Part shown: positions 63,621 through 64,000 of the stretch, one piece after another | Layout of the letters: each line of letters starts with the position of its first letter | How positions within the stretch are numbered: the stretch's first letter is position 1 | Source: Alphaproteobacteria bacterium | Lineage (GTDB): Bacteria > Pseudomonadota > Alphaproteobacteria > GCA-2731375 | DNA length: 64,000 nucleotides | Assembly: GCA_965232515.1 (NCBI GenBank) | Contig: CBDDPY010000002.1 | Location: forward strand, 1,088,001 to 1,152,000 | Direction: 5' to 3' | Position numbers and translations under genes: made by a program | Notes under the pieces: generated by a model | The model's input: the letters and a program-made list of their open reading frames with translations, nothing else | Database searches by the model: none | What the model was told of the DNA's origin: nothing

Positions 63621-63983
63621 CTAGCTGCCGCAGTCCTGCGGCCCCTTCAGGCCCGGCGTCCAGAAGCGGATCAGCGACTTGTGCGCGACGCCGTTGTCGG
63701 CCAGCGACTTGTCGGGATCGGGCGTGAAGTCCGCGCCGTCCACCTGCCAGCGCACGTCAGCCCAATCGATTTTCTCCCAGTCCGGATGCATGCCGTAGAA
63801 CTGCGGCATCAACTCGCCCTGCACGGCCGCGAACGGCATGTCCGGCGGCAGCGGGAAGGCGAGGGCGGCGCAGAAGCTCAAGTGGTCCTCCCAATGGAGG
63901 TAGACCAGCATGTTGCCGTGGAAGTTCTCAAGCCGGTCGCGGACCTCGCCGGTATAGCCTTCCTGCAATGCGACGACAGCCAT
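63621..63983 (-). CDS. dmpO: Phenol hydroxylase P4 (gamma) subunit
   Basis: DRLENFHG, WEDHLSFCA, HPDW, SLADNGVAHKSLIRFWTPGL. Confidence 0.93.
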   Translation of the reverse strand: MAVVALQEGYTGEVRDRLENFHGNMLVYLHWEDHLSFCAALAFPLPPDMPFAAVQGELMPQFYGMHPDWEKIDWADVRWQVDGADFTPDPDKSLADNGVAHKSLIRFWTPGLKGPQDCGS

Positions 63984-64000
63984 GACGTCCTCCCTTATTC

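Overview
GC-rich alphaproteobacterial DNA, Rhodospirillales-like judging by popZ and the dgt-argS-SPOR-nagZ-scpAB-tatABC-serS-surE-pcm-nlpD-yajC-secDF order. It falls into three zones. (1) 1-18 kb is an accessory region ending at tRNA-Cys. It holds a polar amino-acid ABC transporter, a DehI-like protein, an amidohydrolase and a PEP-CTERM locus. In that locus a prsT-like TPR gene is divergent from a sigma-54-driven, 675-aa PEP-CTERM surface protein carrying 448 codons of poly-Asp tract (D9-16-GA repeats) inserted into two loops of a small folded domain. Next come an in-frame fusion of an IS5-transposase N-terminal domain to AMMECR1 and alpha/alpha-toroid domains, a serine hydrolase, nth, LysR, a degenerate heme-peroxidase homolog and a trypsin-like protease with a variant (SEP) sorting signal. 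(2) 18-51 kb is mostly core housekeeping genes. (3) 51-64 kb is catabolic: a MarR-controlled sulfatase/tripartite tricarboxylate transporter/sulfatase cluster, a third PEP-CTERM gene, and the distal end of a phenol hydroxylase/meta-cleavage operon (dmpOPQBC). All assignments come from motif recognition by eye; no database searches were run.
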